A stretch of DNA of 64,000 nt, from contig NW_019217804.1 in NCBI RefSeq assembly GCF_002571385.2, forward strand, positions 526,387 through 590,386. The letters are read 5' to 3'. This DNA is from Stylophora pistillata (lineage: Eukaryota). This document shows positions 23,856 through 38,897 of the stretch, in pieces; within the stretch, counting starts at the first letter, position 1; every line of letters starts with the position of its first letter. Made by a program: the position numbers and the translations under genes. Under the pieces are notes generated by a model that was given only the letters and a program-made list of their open reading frames with translations, was not told where the DNA came from and made no database searches.

Positions 23856-26800
23856 TTCTAGTAAGCCAAACAAATTGTTACAAACATCAGCGTAGTGTCT
23901 TGTAGTATTTGATAATGATTTAATTTACACGGCACTCGTATTCTCGTACCCAAACTTTGATTTTAAAAACTTGAGTAGCCTACCCGTCTATTCCCAATGG
24001 TTCATGGTTGCTGTTAGTCTAGACGTATCTGACAAAGTTTGCTATCGTACATTCTGTCGACATTAACCACCTCATACTTTTACTTCTAGTCTTTTCATTT
24101 ATCCAGCACTCGTACATTTTAACCAAACTTTTGAGGAATTGATTTAGAGACTTTAGTCGCCAATTTGTTAATTGGTTCCCAAAGATTCATGGTTGCTTTT
24201 AGAATGGCAAATGAAAGGAGAGTCTTTATTTTTAACCTGTTCGAAGCAAAGCTTTGGATCGTAAATTCTACTCAAATTTGTGACACAATACAGCTCACCT
24301 TTCTCCTTTGAAGTATCTGTGGCAGATAAACTTCTCTGGGTAAAAATCTTGCGTTGTTTTCTCTCGCTGTGTCTAGAATTATTTGAGCAAAGAGCGCGTT
24401 ATAACTGCCTTTTATACCAAACAAAGAGGAAGCTGTTTTGCTGATTTGCATCATCTTTTCGTCAAGCTTCTTTTTTAATCGAGTGTATTCCGGAAGACTC
24501 ATTTTCTCTACAAAAACTCTTCGTTCATTCGTATTCGTTCCGTGGGTGACATCATTTTGAATTCATAAACCTGCATCTTTTGAACTTACACTACTGTTCC
24601 TTTCTTCCTTCCTTTGAATCAAACTGAATTTGTATGTTATATCTGGTTTGCAGTAATTTTGACTCCACGAAACCAATGTGATTTCCTGATTTATTAAGAA
24701 AAACACGTTTGCTTTACAGTGTAAATGGGAATGGCGCGATTGTTAACAACGCACTTGCTTTGGGTCAACTAAATTCTATTTATCGGTGTACAAAAATCCC
24801 GAAACTATAAAAGCCCCTGGGAAAGAGGGCATCCGGAAGATCTTTCATTTAATTGATCACAGATATTTCTCTTTGCAAGTCGATCTCGTTTATCGCTTCC
24901 GTCTCCTTAATGGTAATGCTCTATCAAGGTTCCTGGGAAGAAAGGAAGAAAAGCTGCGTTCATAGCTGCAATCAGAAAAAGTAAAAGCGTGAAAACAAAT
25001 AGCTGACGAATCTTATATCATTATAGAGCTTGGAAGAAAAGAATGAGAATGAGAGCTGCGATAATTTTATTGTTTTGTATCATCATCTGTAGATGATATG
25101 TCAGGTGTCTAGCTTAACGCATATTTGAAATGTTTTTCATTCATGGGCGTGCGGGTCCCCTCAGGCAGTTATCTTAATTAAGGACATGAGCAATATATCC
25201 CATTTGGTGACTTGACGTTGCATGGACAGATGACTTCAACTGTATCCTTTGAATGTTGTCATTCATTATTTACAATTTTCCATCCTAAGAGAGAAAAAAT
25301 TGAGTTTGAATATCTCGAACGGATGATTTCTTCCTTCTTGATTTAATCAAAAAGTAGGTTATGACAGTGAGAAACCATATGTGACCTGACGACGAGCTCT
25401 CGCGAAAAAAAAGAAAAGACAATAATGATAAATAAAAACAGCACATCTGTACCCTGTACTGTTTACGCATGGCATGCATGTTCATGTAGTGTGCTAGACG
25501 CTGCTACAAAACACAGATGAGACTTTTTTAAGTGTACGTATCCCTGCCTTTGCTTGAAAAATCGTGGCGTTTATGGTTGCTAGTTTTTTTTTATCTTCAC
25601 CGGTAAACGTGTAGATATCAGGCTTTGGTAAAGCTTCCATAATGTCCATGTACGTTAAAGTTCATTTCTTAATTAAACGATCACCGAAAGGAGAGTGTGG
25701 CAACAAGCAATTCATAACATGTATCATAATTTATTAAAGACAAGAACTGCAAATTGATGGTCCCTTTTGGGTTTATGCGAATATGTTCACTCAGTTTGAC
25801 TTAATGTGTGTGACAAGGAGTCAGCGCTTTAGAATTCGTCTTTAAGTCTTGCAGTTAAGGATAAAGGTCATAATAACACTTGAAGATAGGTTTTCATTTT
25901 ATTTAAAGTACCACACAAAGAACTTATTTGTTTAAATGAAAATAGACACACAAATCGATAAATAGACAAATATATATATGTAAATGAAATGAAGTATAAA
26001 AGATCAAGAAGATAAATCCTGTATTGACTTAACCGGTTGTCTTTATGTCTATTTGACTTGATTAAGAAAAGTGACATTTCTGCGGCCGTTGACTACTTAA
26101 AAATAATCGACTTGAATACTATGAGTAGTGGAGTTGTTTATAAATAAAATCTACCAGTTCCACTTGTGGTTTTGAGGACAGAGGCATGGAAATAAGCGTT
26201 AATTTGCTTATGAAAATATATTGTATGATGACCAAATTTTTTAGACACTGAGTAGACTTTAGCCTCTATTTTCTCACTGTCTTTGTTGGTTGTCTCAAAT
26301 CTAAATGGATATTGCCTTTCGCTCCCATATTTGTTTTTGGTAAGTTGTGAAGGAGAGAAGGTTAGGCTTTCGTGAGTTTTTTGACGTATACTAGTAATGT
26401 ATCACACTTTGAATCTCTATTTTTCAACGCTTTATTGTTAATTAAACAACTTCTCGTCTGCTGTTACACTTATATTGTAAAAGTAAATCTTTAAAAGATC
26501 AACATATACACTGATTATAATCAGTAACACGGTGAATAATAGTCTCAATATATACTTTTAAAAATGTTTCTTTCTATTTTTACAGAGCATGCGGTCGATT
26601 CAAGAAAAAGGGGCTCAAAAAGACTAAGCCAGGAAAATGATGCCCACCACTGTCTAAGTCATAGCTAAGGTACTTTTCGAATTATTCCACAGATATACCT
26701 TTTTATGCTTTTTAAAAATTTCTATTCATGAATAATGATAATTTAATTAAAACCTTTAAAAAAGTGAATCCCTAAACTGTTATCCTCTAATTATCAGTGC

Positions 26801-26982
26801 TCTTGTTGAATGATAAATAATGTTTTGAGCTTCTTCTACAGTTCGTTAGATTAATTTTTAATAAACAGATCTTAAATACGTAAAAATTAAGAGATTTCGA
26901 GAAACCTCTAAGAATCCAAAGCAAGTCATAAGTCAGTAATTTGCTCTGCCAGAGAGCATTTCGTTCAATCACATAAATAGCT

Positions 26983-28741
26983 CTAGATGCAAGTCAGCAC
27001 GTCAATGAGAACATCTTTCAATGTGTACAGAATGACATAGTTCCTGTAGGTCTTCACTACATCGTCAGTTATGATTAAGCTCTGCAAAAGTAAAAAAATA
27101 CATATCGTTGATTTCGTGCATATATATTCACTTTACTCTTTTAAGGTCGTTGCTGTAATGGAGTTAAAAATTGCAAATATCTTTTCCAAATTCTAGCATT
27201 ATACTCCTTGAAGGTAAAATGACGCATGCAAGGAACATATGAAAAATAAGACTTGCCGATTGTCTCGATAGTCCTGGCCCTGACAACATTTAGAGTCTCT
27301 TTTTAGATCTAACGCTCACTGAAAATGTCAAATTGTAGATACTATCCAATTTTTACAGTTGAAGGAGTGCATGTATTTCTCATGGATTTTTTTTCTCTTA
27401 CCACACGTTTGTTAGTGACCATTGCTTGTAAGTGTGCTCTAGTATTATGATCTAGGCTTGTCTCTGAGATGTGTTGAACAGTGGGTATTGCAGAGCCAGT
27501 TTTCTTTATCTGTGATTCAAGAAGGATAAACACCAGTTTTTCAGATTTATACAAGAAAACAAACCAGGCCTGCTTACTTATAATTACATTAGCATTCAGT
27601 TTTAAAGGCGGAACAGCAGTATTGTGAGCCAGAGTTTCGTGAAGGAAAAAAGACAATTTCTTCATGCATATGGGAGGGTTAAACTGTTCGACGCAATTAT
27701 TTTTAGGCTGGTTATTTGCAGTCCATTACTGTGTAATCCTATGTTATTGTCGTTCCATCTTGGTCCACTCTTGGTTTTTGTGTGCCCAAGAAAGTTAGTA
27801 TTTGAATGTTCGTTTTCTCTATAAAACCGTATTCAGCCATAATCTCTCTGCCATGAGTGAAGAAGAGTCTTCACCAGATCAAAACATAAGTCCCTTGGGG
27901 AAGTGACCTACCTCGCGTCTCACTCTCCACACGGTAATATTGAGTTGAAAACTGGTGTCTTTTAGCGCACTCGCCAACACTTTGTGCTGAGATCCTTTAA
28001 CTTCCTCATATGAGTATGCCAGATATAGTGGATGGATAAAGTTGTAAAGTTGCATAAAAGCAATGGAGAGGTTGTCTTTCTTCTGCTGAAGAGAATTTTA
28101 CAAAAGCCGAAATTATGCAAATGTTGAATAATGATGTTAAAGTGCCAGTGACTTACAGAAACTCAAGTTCTACCATGCATTTTATTACCCTCTGGTGATC
28201 TTCATAATGAGATATCGTCAAAGTTTTACTTGGTATTACTCACTTGTTTTACAGGCTTAAGGTAGTTATTTTGAAAACGGAACCAGTAAGTGTGCGTAAA
28301 AGAAATCGCAAAATGTGATGTTAAACTGTTTAAAAGGTTTAATCTAACTTAAAGTAGATAAAAAACTTGTAGTTCCCAATACTTACCAAACTTGAGGAAC
28401 ATACTGGTGTGTCAGCCACTCCAAGAACCAAGGACGTCTCCTTTAGATCCCAGTTAGAAGCTATGAATTGATAGACTTTCAACATCTGTAGATAAAATAG
28501 CAATAGTTTACGATAAGCAAGTTGGCAAGCGTCGCTTCACAAGCAGCCTAACAGTGAAGTACTTTAAGAATAGTATTTAATATCCAACCTCTTTCGTGGC
28601 GTTAGCTCTGGTTGGCATAAGTGACAGCCTGATGACAATTTCAGCATCACTTGGTCGGTAACTCAACGGAGCTGTCCAAGTCACTGAGCTCATTACCATT
28701 ACAATGAAAAGGGCAGCGAAGAAGGACTTGCAGAATTCCAT
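26983..28741 (-). CDS. Secreted helical-cytokine-like protein, copy E (210 aa)
   Basis: Exons 28741-28589, 28485-28387, 28085-27912, 27509-27402, 27081-26983; GT-AG, phase 0, open; ends RNYVILYTLKDVLIDVLTCI-TAG. Confidence 0.85.
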
Positions 28742-30360
28742 TTCTAGTAAGCCAATTAAATTGTTAGAAACATCAGCGTATTCTAGTAGTATGAGAAATG
28801 ATTCACTTTACACGGCACTCGTATTCTTTTACCCAAACTTTGATTTAAAAAACCTGAGTAGCCTATCCGTGTATTAGTTCCCAATGGTTAATGTTGCTGT
28901 TTGTGTAGACTTATTTGAAGCAAAGATGGGTAAAATCATATCTTGTGCTGAATTGTAAATGAACAAAACATGCCTGTGAAAGTGTTCTTTGAAGACCTCT
29001 CTAAAACAGTTTGCGACCATACATTCTTTTAACATTAACCACCTCATAATTTTACTTCTAGTCTTTTCATTAACACAGCACTCGTATATTTTAACGAAAC
29101 TTTTGAGGAATTGATTTCAGAAACCTTAGTAGCCAATTTGTTAATTGGTTCCCAACGGTTCATGGTTGCTTTTAGAATGGCAAATGAAAGGAGTGTTTCA
29201 TTTTTTAACCTCTTCGAAGCAAAGCTTTGGATTGTAAATTCTGCTAAAAAAACTGACACTCAAAACAACCTACCTTTCTCCTTTAAAGTATCTGTTACAG
29301 AGAAACTTCTCTGGTTAAAAATCTTGCGTTGTTTTCTCTTGCTGTGTCTAGAATTATTTGAGCAGACAGCGCGTTATAACTGCCTTTTATATCAAACAAA
29401 GAGGAAGCTGTTTTACTGGTTTGCATCATCTTTTCGTCGAGCCGTTTTTTAATCGGGTGTATTCCGGTAAACTCATTTTCTCTACAAAAACTCGTTGTTC
29501 ATTCGTTCCGTGGGTGACATCATTTTGAATTTATGAACCTGTATCTTTTTTGAACTTGCACAACTGTTCCTTCCTTCGCAAGCGACCAATCCATCCTTGT
29601 TGAATCAAATCGAATTTGTATGTTATGTCTGGTATGTAGTAATTTTGACTCCTCGAAACCCTTTATTTTACAGTGTAAATGGAAATGGCAATACAATCCA
29701 TTGATAGATTGTTAACAATTGTACTTGTTTTGGGTCAACTAAATTCTCTGTATCGGTTTACAAAAATCCCGAAACTCTAAAAGCCCCTGGAAAAGAGGGC
29801 ATCCGGGAGATCTTTATTTTAATTGATCACAGATATTTCTCTTTGCAAGTCGATCTCGTTTATCGCTTCCGTCTCCTTAACGGTAATGCTCTATGAAGGT
29901 TCCTGGGAAGAAAGGAAGAAATGCTGCGTTCATAGCGGCAATCAGGAAAAGTAAAAGCGTGACAACAAATAGCTGACGAATCTTACATCATTATAGAGCT
30001 TAGAAGAAAAGAACAAGAACGAGAGCTGCGATGATTTTATTGTTATGTATCATCATCTATAGATGATGTGTCTGGTGTCTAGCTGAACGTATATTTGAAT
30101 GTTTTTTTATTCATGGGCGTGCGGGGCCCTTAAGTTAAATGTTCACTTGATATATTTACGATGCGACTTCTGTGTTGACGTAACTGTTCATTTTTACGTC
30201 AGTTGAGAGACGAAAACAGCCGTTATCACCGGAAATGGGTCATTAGTTTATGGGTTTAGGCCTTTGATTGCTAATATGCGATGTATTTGTACTTTGTCAC
30301 TCTTCTCAGTAAGAACAAGGAATACGTCAAGAAGCAGTTATCTTGATTTAAGACATGAGC

Positions 30361-30460
30361 AATATATCCCATTTGGTGACTTGACGTTGCATGGACAGAT
30401 GGCTTCAATTATATATCCCATTTGGTGACTTGACGTTGCATGGACAGATGGCTTCAATTT
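30361..30460. repeat. Local tandem duplication (about 52 bp x2)
   Basis: ATATATCCCATTTGGTGACTTGACGTTGCATGGACAGATGGCTTCAATT occurs twice in tandem here and once in the other units. Confidence 0.85.
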
Positions 30461-32504
30461 TATCCTTTGACTGAGTGTTGTCGTTCATTATTTACAATTT
30501 GCCATCCTAAGAGAGAGAAAATAGACTTTGATTATCGGGAATGCATTATTTCTTCCTTCTGGATTTAATCAAAAAATAGGCTATGACGGTGAAAAACCAT
30601 ATGTGAACCGACGACGACCTTTCACGAAAACAAAAAACAAAACAAAAACACAATAAGAAATAAAAACAGAGCGGATCTGTAGCCTGTACCGTTCATGCAT
30701 GGTATGCATGTTCGTGTAGTGTGCTAGACGCTGCTACAAAACACAGACGAGACATTTATGACTCTCTTAAGAGTGTCCCTTGAAAAACCGTGACGTTTGT
30801 GCGTCCTAGAAATATCAAAATGTCAAATGGTCGTTTTAACTTGAATTTCTGAATACTAGGCGAGCAACAGCTGACGAGACACCCATCCTTGCCTTTGAGT
30901 TAATAATAGCATTCCCTTGAAAGCATATCCGGGAAAATTATATTCTAATCTTTGATTTCCTCAATCGATGCATTAACAATCTGTTTTCATCTTCACCGGT
31001 AAAGGTGTAGATGTCCGGCTTTAGTAAAGCTTCCGTAATGTCCATGTACGTTAAAGTTCCGTTATTACTTAGACGATCACCGAAAGAGGAGTGTGACAAC
31101 AAGCACTTCATAACATGTATCATAATTTATCAAAGAGAAGAGTGGCAAATTTGATGGTCGCTTTCGGGTTTATGCAAATGTGTTCACTCAGTTTGACTTT
31201 ATGTGCGTGATAAGGAGTCAGCGCTTTAGAATTTATCTTTAAGTCTTCCAGTCAAGGTTAGAGATCATAATAACACAGTTCCAGTCCTTACGCTTTCTTT
31301 ATTCCAGTTTATCATTCGTTTCTCTATTTTTAAATCTTTTTCCAAATCTAGTAGCACCTTTTCTTGGTTAAGTAGGATTTTAGTAAGTCCTGCTTCCTAT
31401 TTTCCAACTTGGAGATAGGTTTTCACTTTATTTAAGGTACCGCACAAATAACTTATTTGTTTAAATGAAAATAGGCACACAAATCAATAAATAAGCAAAT
31501 ATAAATATGTAAATGAAATGAAGTATAAAAGATCAAGAAGATAAATCCCGTATTTACTTAATGTTATATCTGTTTGACCTGATAGAGAATAGAGACATTT
31601 AATACAGGAAGTGGACCATTGTGTTTTTTGTGTAGCCGTTGACTACTTAAAGATAATCTACTTGAATGCTATGTATAGAAGAGTGGTTTGTAAATAAAAT
31701 CTACCAGTCCTATTCGTGGTCTTGAGGATAGAGGCATGGAAATGAACAGTAATTCCCGATAAAAATACGTTGGATGATGACTAAATTTCAGAGGAGTTTA
31801 GCGTCTATTTCCTCACTGTATTTTTTGGTTGTCTCAAATCTGAATGCATTTTGCTCCTCGCTGCTACTTTTTTTCTTGGTCAGTTGTGAACGAGAGAAAG
31901 TAAGGCTTCTGTGAATTTTTTTGACGTATACCAATAAAGTATCAAAACGTTTGTTAGGAAAATGTATCACCCGTTGAATCTCTAATTTTCAGCGCTTTAT
32001 TGTTAATTTAACAACATCTCGTATACAGTTACACTTAATATTTTAAAGGTAAATCTTTAAAAGATCAACATAGTACACTGATTATCATCAGTAACACGGT
32101 GAATAACAGTCTCAATATGGACTTCGAAAAATGCTTCTTTCTATTTTTACAGAGCGCTCCACTGCCTGAGTCATAACTAAGGTACCGTTTCGAATGAATA
32201 AACTTTTTTGTACCATTGAAGATTTTTGTTTATGAATACTGATACATGAATTAAAAGCTTTAAAAAGGTCAATCCCCTTATCTGTTAACCATAAGTTATA
32301 ACCATCGTTAGGCACTGCTCCTGTAGAAAAATGAATAATGTTCTTAGTTTCCTCTACGATTTCTTTATATAATTTTCTAAAAAAAAACCAATCTTTAATT
32401 ACGCAAACATTGAGAGATCTGGAGAAATCTGTCAGTCTTCCAATGCAAGTCATAAGTGAAAAATTTGCTTCTCCAGAGAGCAATTTGTTCAGTAATAAAT
32501 AGCT

Positions 32505-34270
32505 TTAGACACAAGTCAACGCATCAATGAGAACATCTTTCAGTGTGTACAGAATGACATAGTTCCTGTAAGTCTTCACCACATCGTCAGTTATGGTTAA
32601 AGTCTGCAACAGAAAAAGAGAAAACAATACTTTTTATTAAAATCTCGTGAATATATATTTACTTTATTCTTGTTGTTCTTTACTCTGGTTGTTACTGTGA
32701 TAGTGTTTATAACCTTTCCAAGTCCTAAAATTTTTGTTTGGCAGCTTTTGAAATAAGCAAGATAAGTACCTTGAAAGTTCAGTGGTGCATATTAAGCACG
32801 TATGAAAAATATCACCTGCGGACTGTCTTTCTTAACATTCCGGGCCCTGATAAGATAAAGTGTCTCTCTTCAAGTTTCAATGATCACTGAAAATGTCAAA
32901 TCTTACTTTTCATTTCGCTTTAAAGTTGAAGGAGTACCTAAGATGGATGTTTTTTTTTTCTTACCACTCGTTTGCTATTGACCATCGCTTGTAGGTAAGT
33001 TCTGGTATGATGATCCAGGCTCGCCTCTGAGATGTGTTGAACAGTGGGAATTGAAGAACCGGCTTTCTTTATCTGTGAATTAAAAAAAAAGAGAATTATC
33101 AGTTTTCCAGATTAAGAAAGGAAAAAAAGACAAGGCCTGCTTCCTTAAAACTTCTTTTAGTTATCAGTTTTAAGGGCGGAATAGTAGTATTGTGAGTAAC
33201 AGTTTTGTGAGGGAAAAAAGCAATTTCTTTCTTTACGTTGGAGGATTAAACTGTTCTACACAATTATTTTTAGGCTCGCCATTCTTGGTCCATCTTGGTC
33301 AACTCTCAGTTCATGTGTGCCCAAACTAGTTTAGTATTTGAATGTTCGTTTTCTCTCTCAAACGCCATAATATCGCGGCCATAAGTGGAGTAAAGTCTTA
33401 ACGAGATCAAGCTATAAGTTCCTTTCATTATGAAGGTAACTTACCGCACGTCTCACTCTCCACACCGTGTTATTCAGGTGAAAACTGGTGTCTCTGAGCG
33501 CACTCGCCAACACTTTGTGCTGAGATCCTTTTACTTCTTCAATTGAGTATGCCAGATATAGCGGATGGATGAAGTTGTGAAGTTGCATAAAAGCAATGGA
33601 GAGGTTGTCTTTCTTTTGCTAAAAATAAATGAAAAAAACCGAAATTATGCAAATGTTTAATATGTTTTAGTGCCAGTGACTTACAGAAACGCAAGTTCTG
33701 CCACGCATTTTATCTTACTATGGTGTTCTCTGTAATGAGCTATCGTCAAAATGTTACTCAGTTTTACACACATGTTTACGGGCTCAAGTATTTTTTTTTT
33801 AAAACAAAGCCAGGAAGTGCGCGTAAAAGAGATCAGTAAAATGTATGTTAAACCGTTTAAAAATTTTTATCTAACTTTCAGGAGATAAAAAACTTTAAAG
33901 TTCCCAATACTTACCAGACTTGAGGAACATACTGGTGTATCAGCCACTCCAAGAGCTAGGGGCGTCTCCTTTAGATCCCAGTTAGAAGCTATGAATTGGT
34001 AGACCTTCAACATCTGAAGATAAATTAGCAATAGATTACACTAAACGACTTTGCAAGCACTGTTTCTTAAGCAGCTTAACAGTGAAGTACTTTAAGAATG
34101 ATATTTTGATGTCCTACCTCTTTCGTGGTGTTAGCTCTTGTTGGCATAAGTGACAGTCGGACGACAATTTCAGTATCACTAGGTCGATAGCTCAACGGAG
34201 CCGTCCAAGTCACGGAGCTCATTGCAGTTACCATGAATATGGCAGAGAAGAAGGACTTGCAGAATTCCAT
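32505..34270 (-). CDS. Secreted helical-cytokine-like protein, copy F (210 aa)
   Basis: Exons 34270-34118, 34013-33915, 33618-33445, 33072-32965, 32603-32505; GT-AG, phase 0, open; ends TLTITDDVVKTYRNYVILYTLKDVLIDALTCV*. Confidence 0.85.
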
Positions 34271-35535
34271 CTCTAGTAAACCAAAAAAGTTGTTAAAAAA
34301 GTCAGCGTAGTTTCCTGTAGTAAGTGAAATGATTCAGTTAACGCGGCACTTGCAATGTTTTACCAAACATTTGAGGAACTAATTTGCGCAGAAACTTATG
34401 CTGCCAATTAGTTCCCAGTCTTCCCAGTGGTTTGTGGTCGCATTTTGTCTAGATGTGTTTGAAGCAGAGGTGGATAAAATCATCTCTTCTGCTTAATGGA
34501 AAATGAGTTAAATAAACCTTCAGAGGTGTTTTTTAAACCTCTTGGAATGCAAAGTTTTGGAATGTACGTTCTGTTAACATCGTCGTGAACTACTAAAATT
34601 AGAGGTGTCTGGGAACCACTAAAGTTACGAATGTTCTGGCGAAATGTGCATCAAACTAGATCTACGTCTTTTCTCGTCACAGAGGGTTGAAGGAGCCCAG
34701 CAATGCCACCTCTTATTCACAATGATCAGTGCAACTTACTTTTCTTCTTTTAAGTATCTCAACCAGATAAACGTCTCTGATTCAGTATCTTGTGTTGTTT
34801 TCTTTAGCTGTGTCTAGAATAGGTTGAAGGTGAAGCGCGTTTCGACTACCTTTTATACAAAACGAACAGGAAGCTGTTTTATTAGTTTACATCATCTTTT
34901 AGTTAAGCTTTTTTCATCAGGTATATTTCGGATGACCCATTTTCTTTAAAAATTTCTTCGTTCGCCTGCTGTTTTTTTTTTTTTTTTTAACTTTGTCAAC
35001 TGTTCCTTCAGACTGTTCCGAGCAGTCGAACGATCCATCCCTATTGTATTAAATTGATTAGTTTTGTACTTTATGTCTGAAATGCAGTAATTTCGACTTC
35101 GCGAAACCAAAAGACAATTTTACAGATTCATCATTTTAAATTGACTGTAAAGGCAAGGCAAAAAGGTCCTTTGAAGGATATTGAAAATTTTCTTGCTGTG
35201 GATCAAATAAATTTTGTCTATCGGTTTAGAAATTGAAGATCCCGAACACTGTAGAGCTCCTTCAATTTGATCGGTCACAATCCCGAATTTTCAATATGCA
35301 AGTCGACCTCGTTTACTGCTTCCGCCTTCTGAACGGTAGTGCTCCGATTATCAAAGTTCCTGAGAAGAAAGGAAGAAACGCTCCGTTTATAACGGCTATT
35401 AGGCAAAAGAAAAGAATGACAAATATTTTACGTATCTTATATCATCATAGAGGTTAAGAGAGAGGAAGCACAAAAAGAGAAGCAATAATGTCATTTTTAA
35501 GTTATCATGATTTATAGTATCGATAGATTATTTGG

Positions 35536-35650
35536 CTGGCCTCGGTAGTTCGACGGGTGGGTAACGCTATCCGCTGGATAAATCTCTATCCGTTGGATTG
35601 CATAGTACAATTTGTTAACACTTATCCACAGGATAGCGTTTTATCCGTTG
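35536..35650. mobile_element. Short interspersed repeat (MITE-like fragment with TATCC/GGATA sub-repeats)
   Basis: Repeated CTATCC..GGATA palindromic modules; absent from the homologous position of the other units. Confidence 0.5.
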
Positions 35651-36747
35651 TTTAGTTAGACGTATCTTTGAAATTTCTTACAGTTAAAGTGCCCGCCGGA
35701 ACCTACTGGTTGAATGATAGTATGCTTACCATGTGACTTCCGTGTTGACGTAACTTTATTTTCATCTCCTTTGAGGGGTAAACCCAGCCGGAAATGGGTC
35801 ATTAGTCTATAAGTTTAGGCCTTGATTGTTGGTATGCCAACTATTTGTACCTTGTCACTATTCTCAGTAATGTATCAAGGATAGGTAAAGGACTGGGCAA
35901 AAGTCTGAACTGAAGGAATGACCAGTATGTCCAATTTGCTGACTTGAAGCTACATCAAGAGATAATTTCACTGTTTAAGAGGGTAGATTTTATCCTTTGA
36001 ATGAATTTCTAGTGCTCTATTGATAATCTTAAATCCTAAGAGGCAGAGAATTGACTTTGTATGAGTTCTACTTTCTTGATAAAAATAAAAAAGTAGGCTA
36101 CGATAGTAAGAGTACCCTCTACGAGTAAAATAATCATGAAGAAAGACGATCATCACTGTACCATGAACGTTCTAAGCGTAAGACGCGTTTGTGAGAGATA
36201 CCAGTCCCTTTATAGAATTCTCGTCATAACTTCCGCAATTGTTTCTCAACCCATGCGTGAAAAGCGTGGCATTTTAGCGTGTTTTATTACATGAAGAGGT
36301 CAAACGTTCCTTTGAACTTCACTTCTAAATGCCTTGCTGAGAACAGCTAAGAAGGCTTTCTTGCCTCGCCTCTCGCTACTTATTCGTACATGTAGGTTTA
36401 TATTACTTATCCGTCGAAAGCATATCCATGTATAAGTTGGAGGTTATGCTCTAAGCGGTTTTCCTCAATTTAGGAGTGGAATGCCGTTTTTCATCCTCAC
36501 CAAACTTAAAGGTTTCCGTTTTGTATTTTTATTTTCAAGTTTTCATTTGTGATTCATTAGCGGTAAAGTTCCTTTCGAAATTAGAGGATCGTCACCAGAA
36601 GATTGTGATGTAAGAAGCGTTTTATATCATGTATCGTAACATATAAAGAACGAGTTATTGGATTAACTGTCAGTCCCGAGGGTTACGACTAGCCGAATAT
36701 ATCTCCTTTAATTCAGTGACTTTAAGGTGCTTACAAAACAGCGTTTT

Positions 36748-36852
36748 TTGTTTGTTATTGGCCATTGTTTGTTGGTATGCTCTAGTACGATTATCTAGGC
36801 CCGCCTCTGAGAGGTGATAAGCAGTGAGTATTTGATAATGAGTCTTCGTCAT
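36748..36852 (-). pseudogene. Relic of a further family member: degenerate exon 4 only
   Basis: MTKTHYQILTAYHLSEAGLDNRTRAYQQTMANNK aligns with exon 4 (IKKTGSSIPTVQHISEASLDHHTRTYLQAMVNNK). Acceptor mutated CAG to CGG. Flanked by an intron-3 remnant and a promoter remnant (TTCCGGATGACTCA near 37145). Other exons are absent. Confidence 0.7.
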
Positions 36853-37331
36853 CCGTGATTTAACAAAGGTAAACATCTGCTTTCAGAAAAGTGGAGGAAA
36901 AGGTACAAGAGAACACTTAAAATGTACTTTAATAAAGAGTTAAAAGGCGGGAAAACGATATTTTGAATCGAATTTGTTATAAGAAAAGATAAACAGTGAC
37001 ATGCTGATTCTTCCTGCATCTTGAAAAATGTAGTCGGTCCATGTGAGTTTTTTTTTTTTTATAATCGTCATTTGCTGTCCGTATTCTCCTTTTCCATGCT
37101 AGGTCCTCGTTGCTTCCTTTCGGTATTGTCTTACCTCAGGCATATTCCGGATGACTCATTTCGTTTGTTCGCTCTGTAAATGATATCATTTTGAATTCAT
37201 AAACTTGTATTATTTGTACTTTGTTAACCATTCCTTCCGTAGAAGTCGAACGATCCATTCGTTTTGAATTGAACTGACTTTTTATTCGTACGTCTGGTAT
37301 GTATCAATTTTGACTCTTCGAAACCAATGCA

Positions 37332-37641
37332 ACTTCATAGATTTACAATAAATTAAGGCATTTATTTCTTTCTGAGAATAAGAATGGCTTTAAATTCCAT
37401 GGAGATTGTTGAACAATTTGCTGTAAAAAAAAAGCAAATACGACTTCATGGATTTACAATAAATAAAAGTATTTTATTTCTTTCTGAGAATAAGAATGGC
37501 TTTAAATTCATGGAGATTGTTGAACAATTTGCTTTAAAAAAAAAAGAAAATACGACTTCATGGATTTACAATAAATAAAAGCATTTATTTCTTTCTGAGA
37601 ATAAGAATGGCTTTAAATTCCATGTAGATTGTTGAACAATT
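37332..37641. repeat. Tandem repeat, unit about 111 bp, about 2.8 copies
   Basis: ACTTCAT(A/G)GATTTACAATAAA...GAATAAGAATGGCTTTAAATT...GATTGTTGAACAAT starts at 37332, 37443 and 37555. Confidence 0.85.
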
Positions 37642-38897
37642 ATTTGCCATGGGTCAAATGTTATTTGTCAGTTTACAAGAATCAGAAAAAAACTGAAAAG
37701 TCCATTGAAAGTGGCGGGCTACGCAGGAAACATTCTATTTTAGTCGATCACACTCGGGATTTTACGGGATGGATTAGTCGACCTCGTTTAGCGCAGTATT
37801 GCTTTCATTACCAAAGTTCCTGGTAAAAGGGAGACAACTTTCCTTTCGTAACTGCGATCAGGCAAAAGAAGAGCATGACAACAAATATCTTACGAATCTT
37901 GTTTAGGAGAACAAAAAACGAAGCAATGATGTTCGTTGTAATTTATCCTTATTGATAGATAACTATACATATCTAAATAAAAGCGCCTGCGGGGCCCCTA
38001 CGGGTTGTACTACCATGCGTTGACTTATTTTTATTTTCATGACATTTGATGAACAAAACGAGCCGTTATCGCGGAAATGAGTCGTTTTTTTATGGGTTTA
38101 GGCCCCTGATTACTTAAAGGTGATCTATGAGTACTTTGTCACTGACGTGGATGAAGTAAAAACATCCCCTGTTCTTCGTAATAACAAGGATTAGGATAGG
38201 AGCAGTGATGTAAAGAAATTAACTATGTCCTGTTTGGTGACTTTTCGTTACATGAACGACAAGTTTGTATTGTATACGAGAGTAGAATTCAGCGCATTCA
38301 TAAATCTTATCAATTATAATAAATAAATAATGGAATTTACATTTCGCGGAAGGAGAAGTACTTCCTCCTAGACATATTTATATAAAAGAAGTTAGGTCTT
38401 AACGGCGAGATAACCTTGTGATGAAAAAAGATCACGACCAGAAAAAGCAGATGAGACGATAAAAAAGAAAAGAAAAATGATAAAAAAATGATTAACATAG
38501 AGCACACTGGTAGCATTTAGTGTACATGTATGGTACATGTGCACGTAATGGAACATTCCCCACTACATAGTCTTTTTTTAGACTATTTCAACTTCCGCGA
38601 GTGTGTCTAAGCCCTTGCGTAAAAGGTTTGGTGTTTTTATGAATTAAATAAAATTTAGAGGTTAGACTTTCATTTTAACTTGATTTTCTAAATGCTGGGT
38701 TGAAATGAGCTTAGTACACAAGTACATTCCTTTTCTTGCGTCTAAATCAGCTTCCCTTGTAGGTTTATAGTTTTAATTCATTGAACTTGCCTTTGAAAGC
38801 AAAACCGGGAAATTATGTTCTAACAATTGTTTTCTTAAATTAATGAATGTAATATTGTTTTTCATCGTCACCGATAAACGTGTTGATTTCCAATTTT

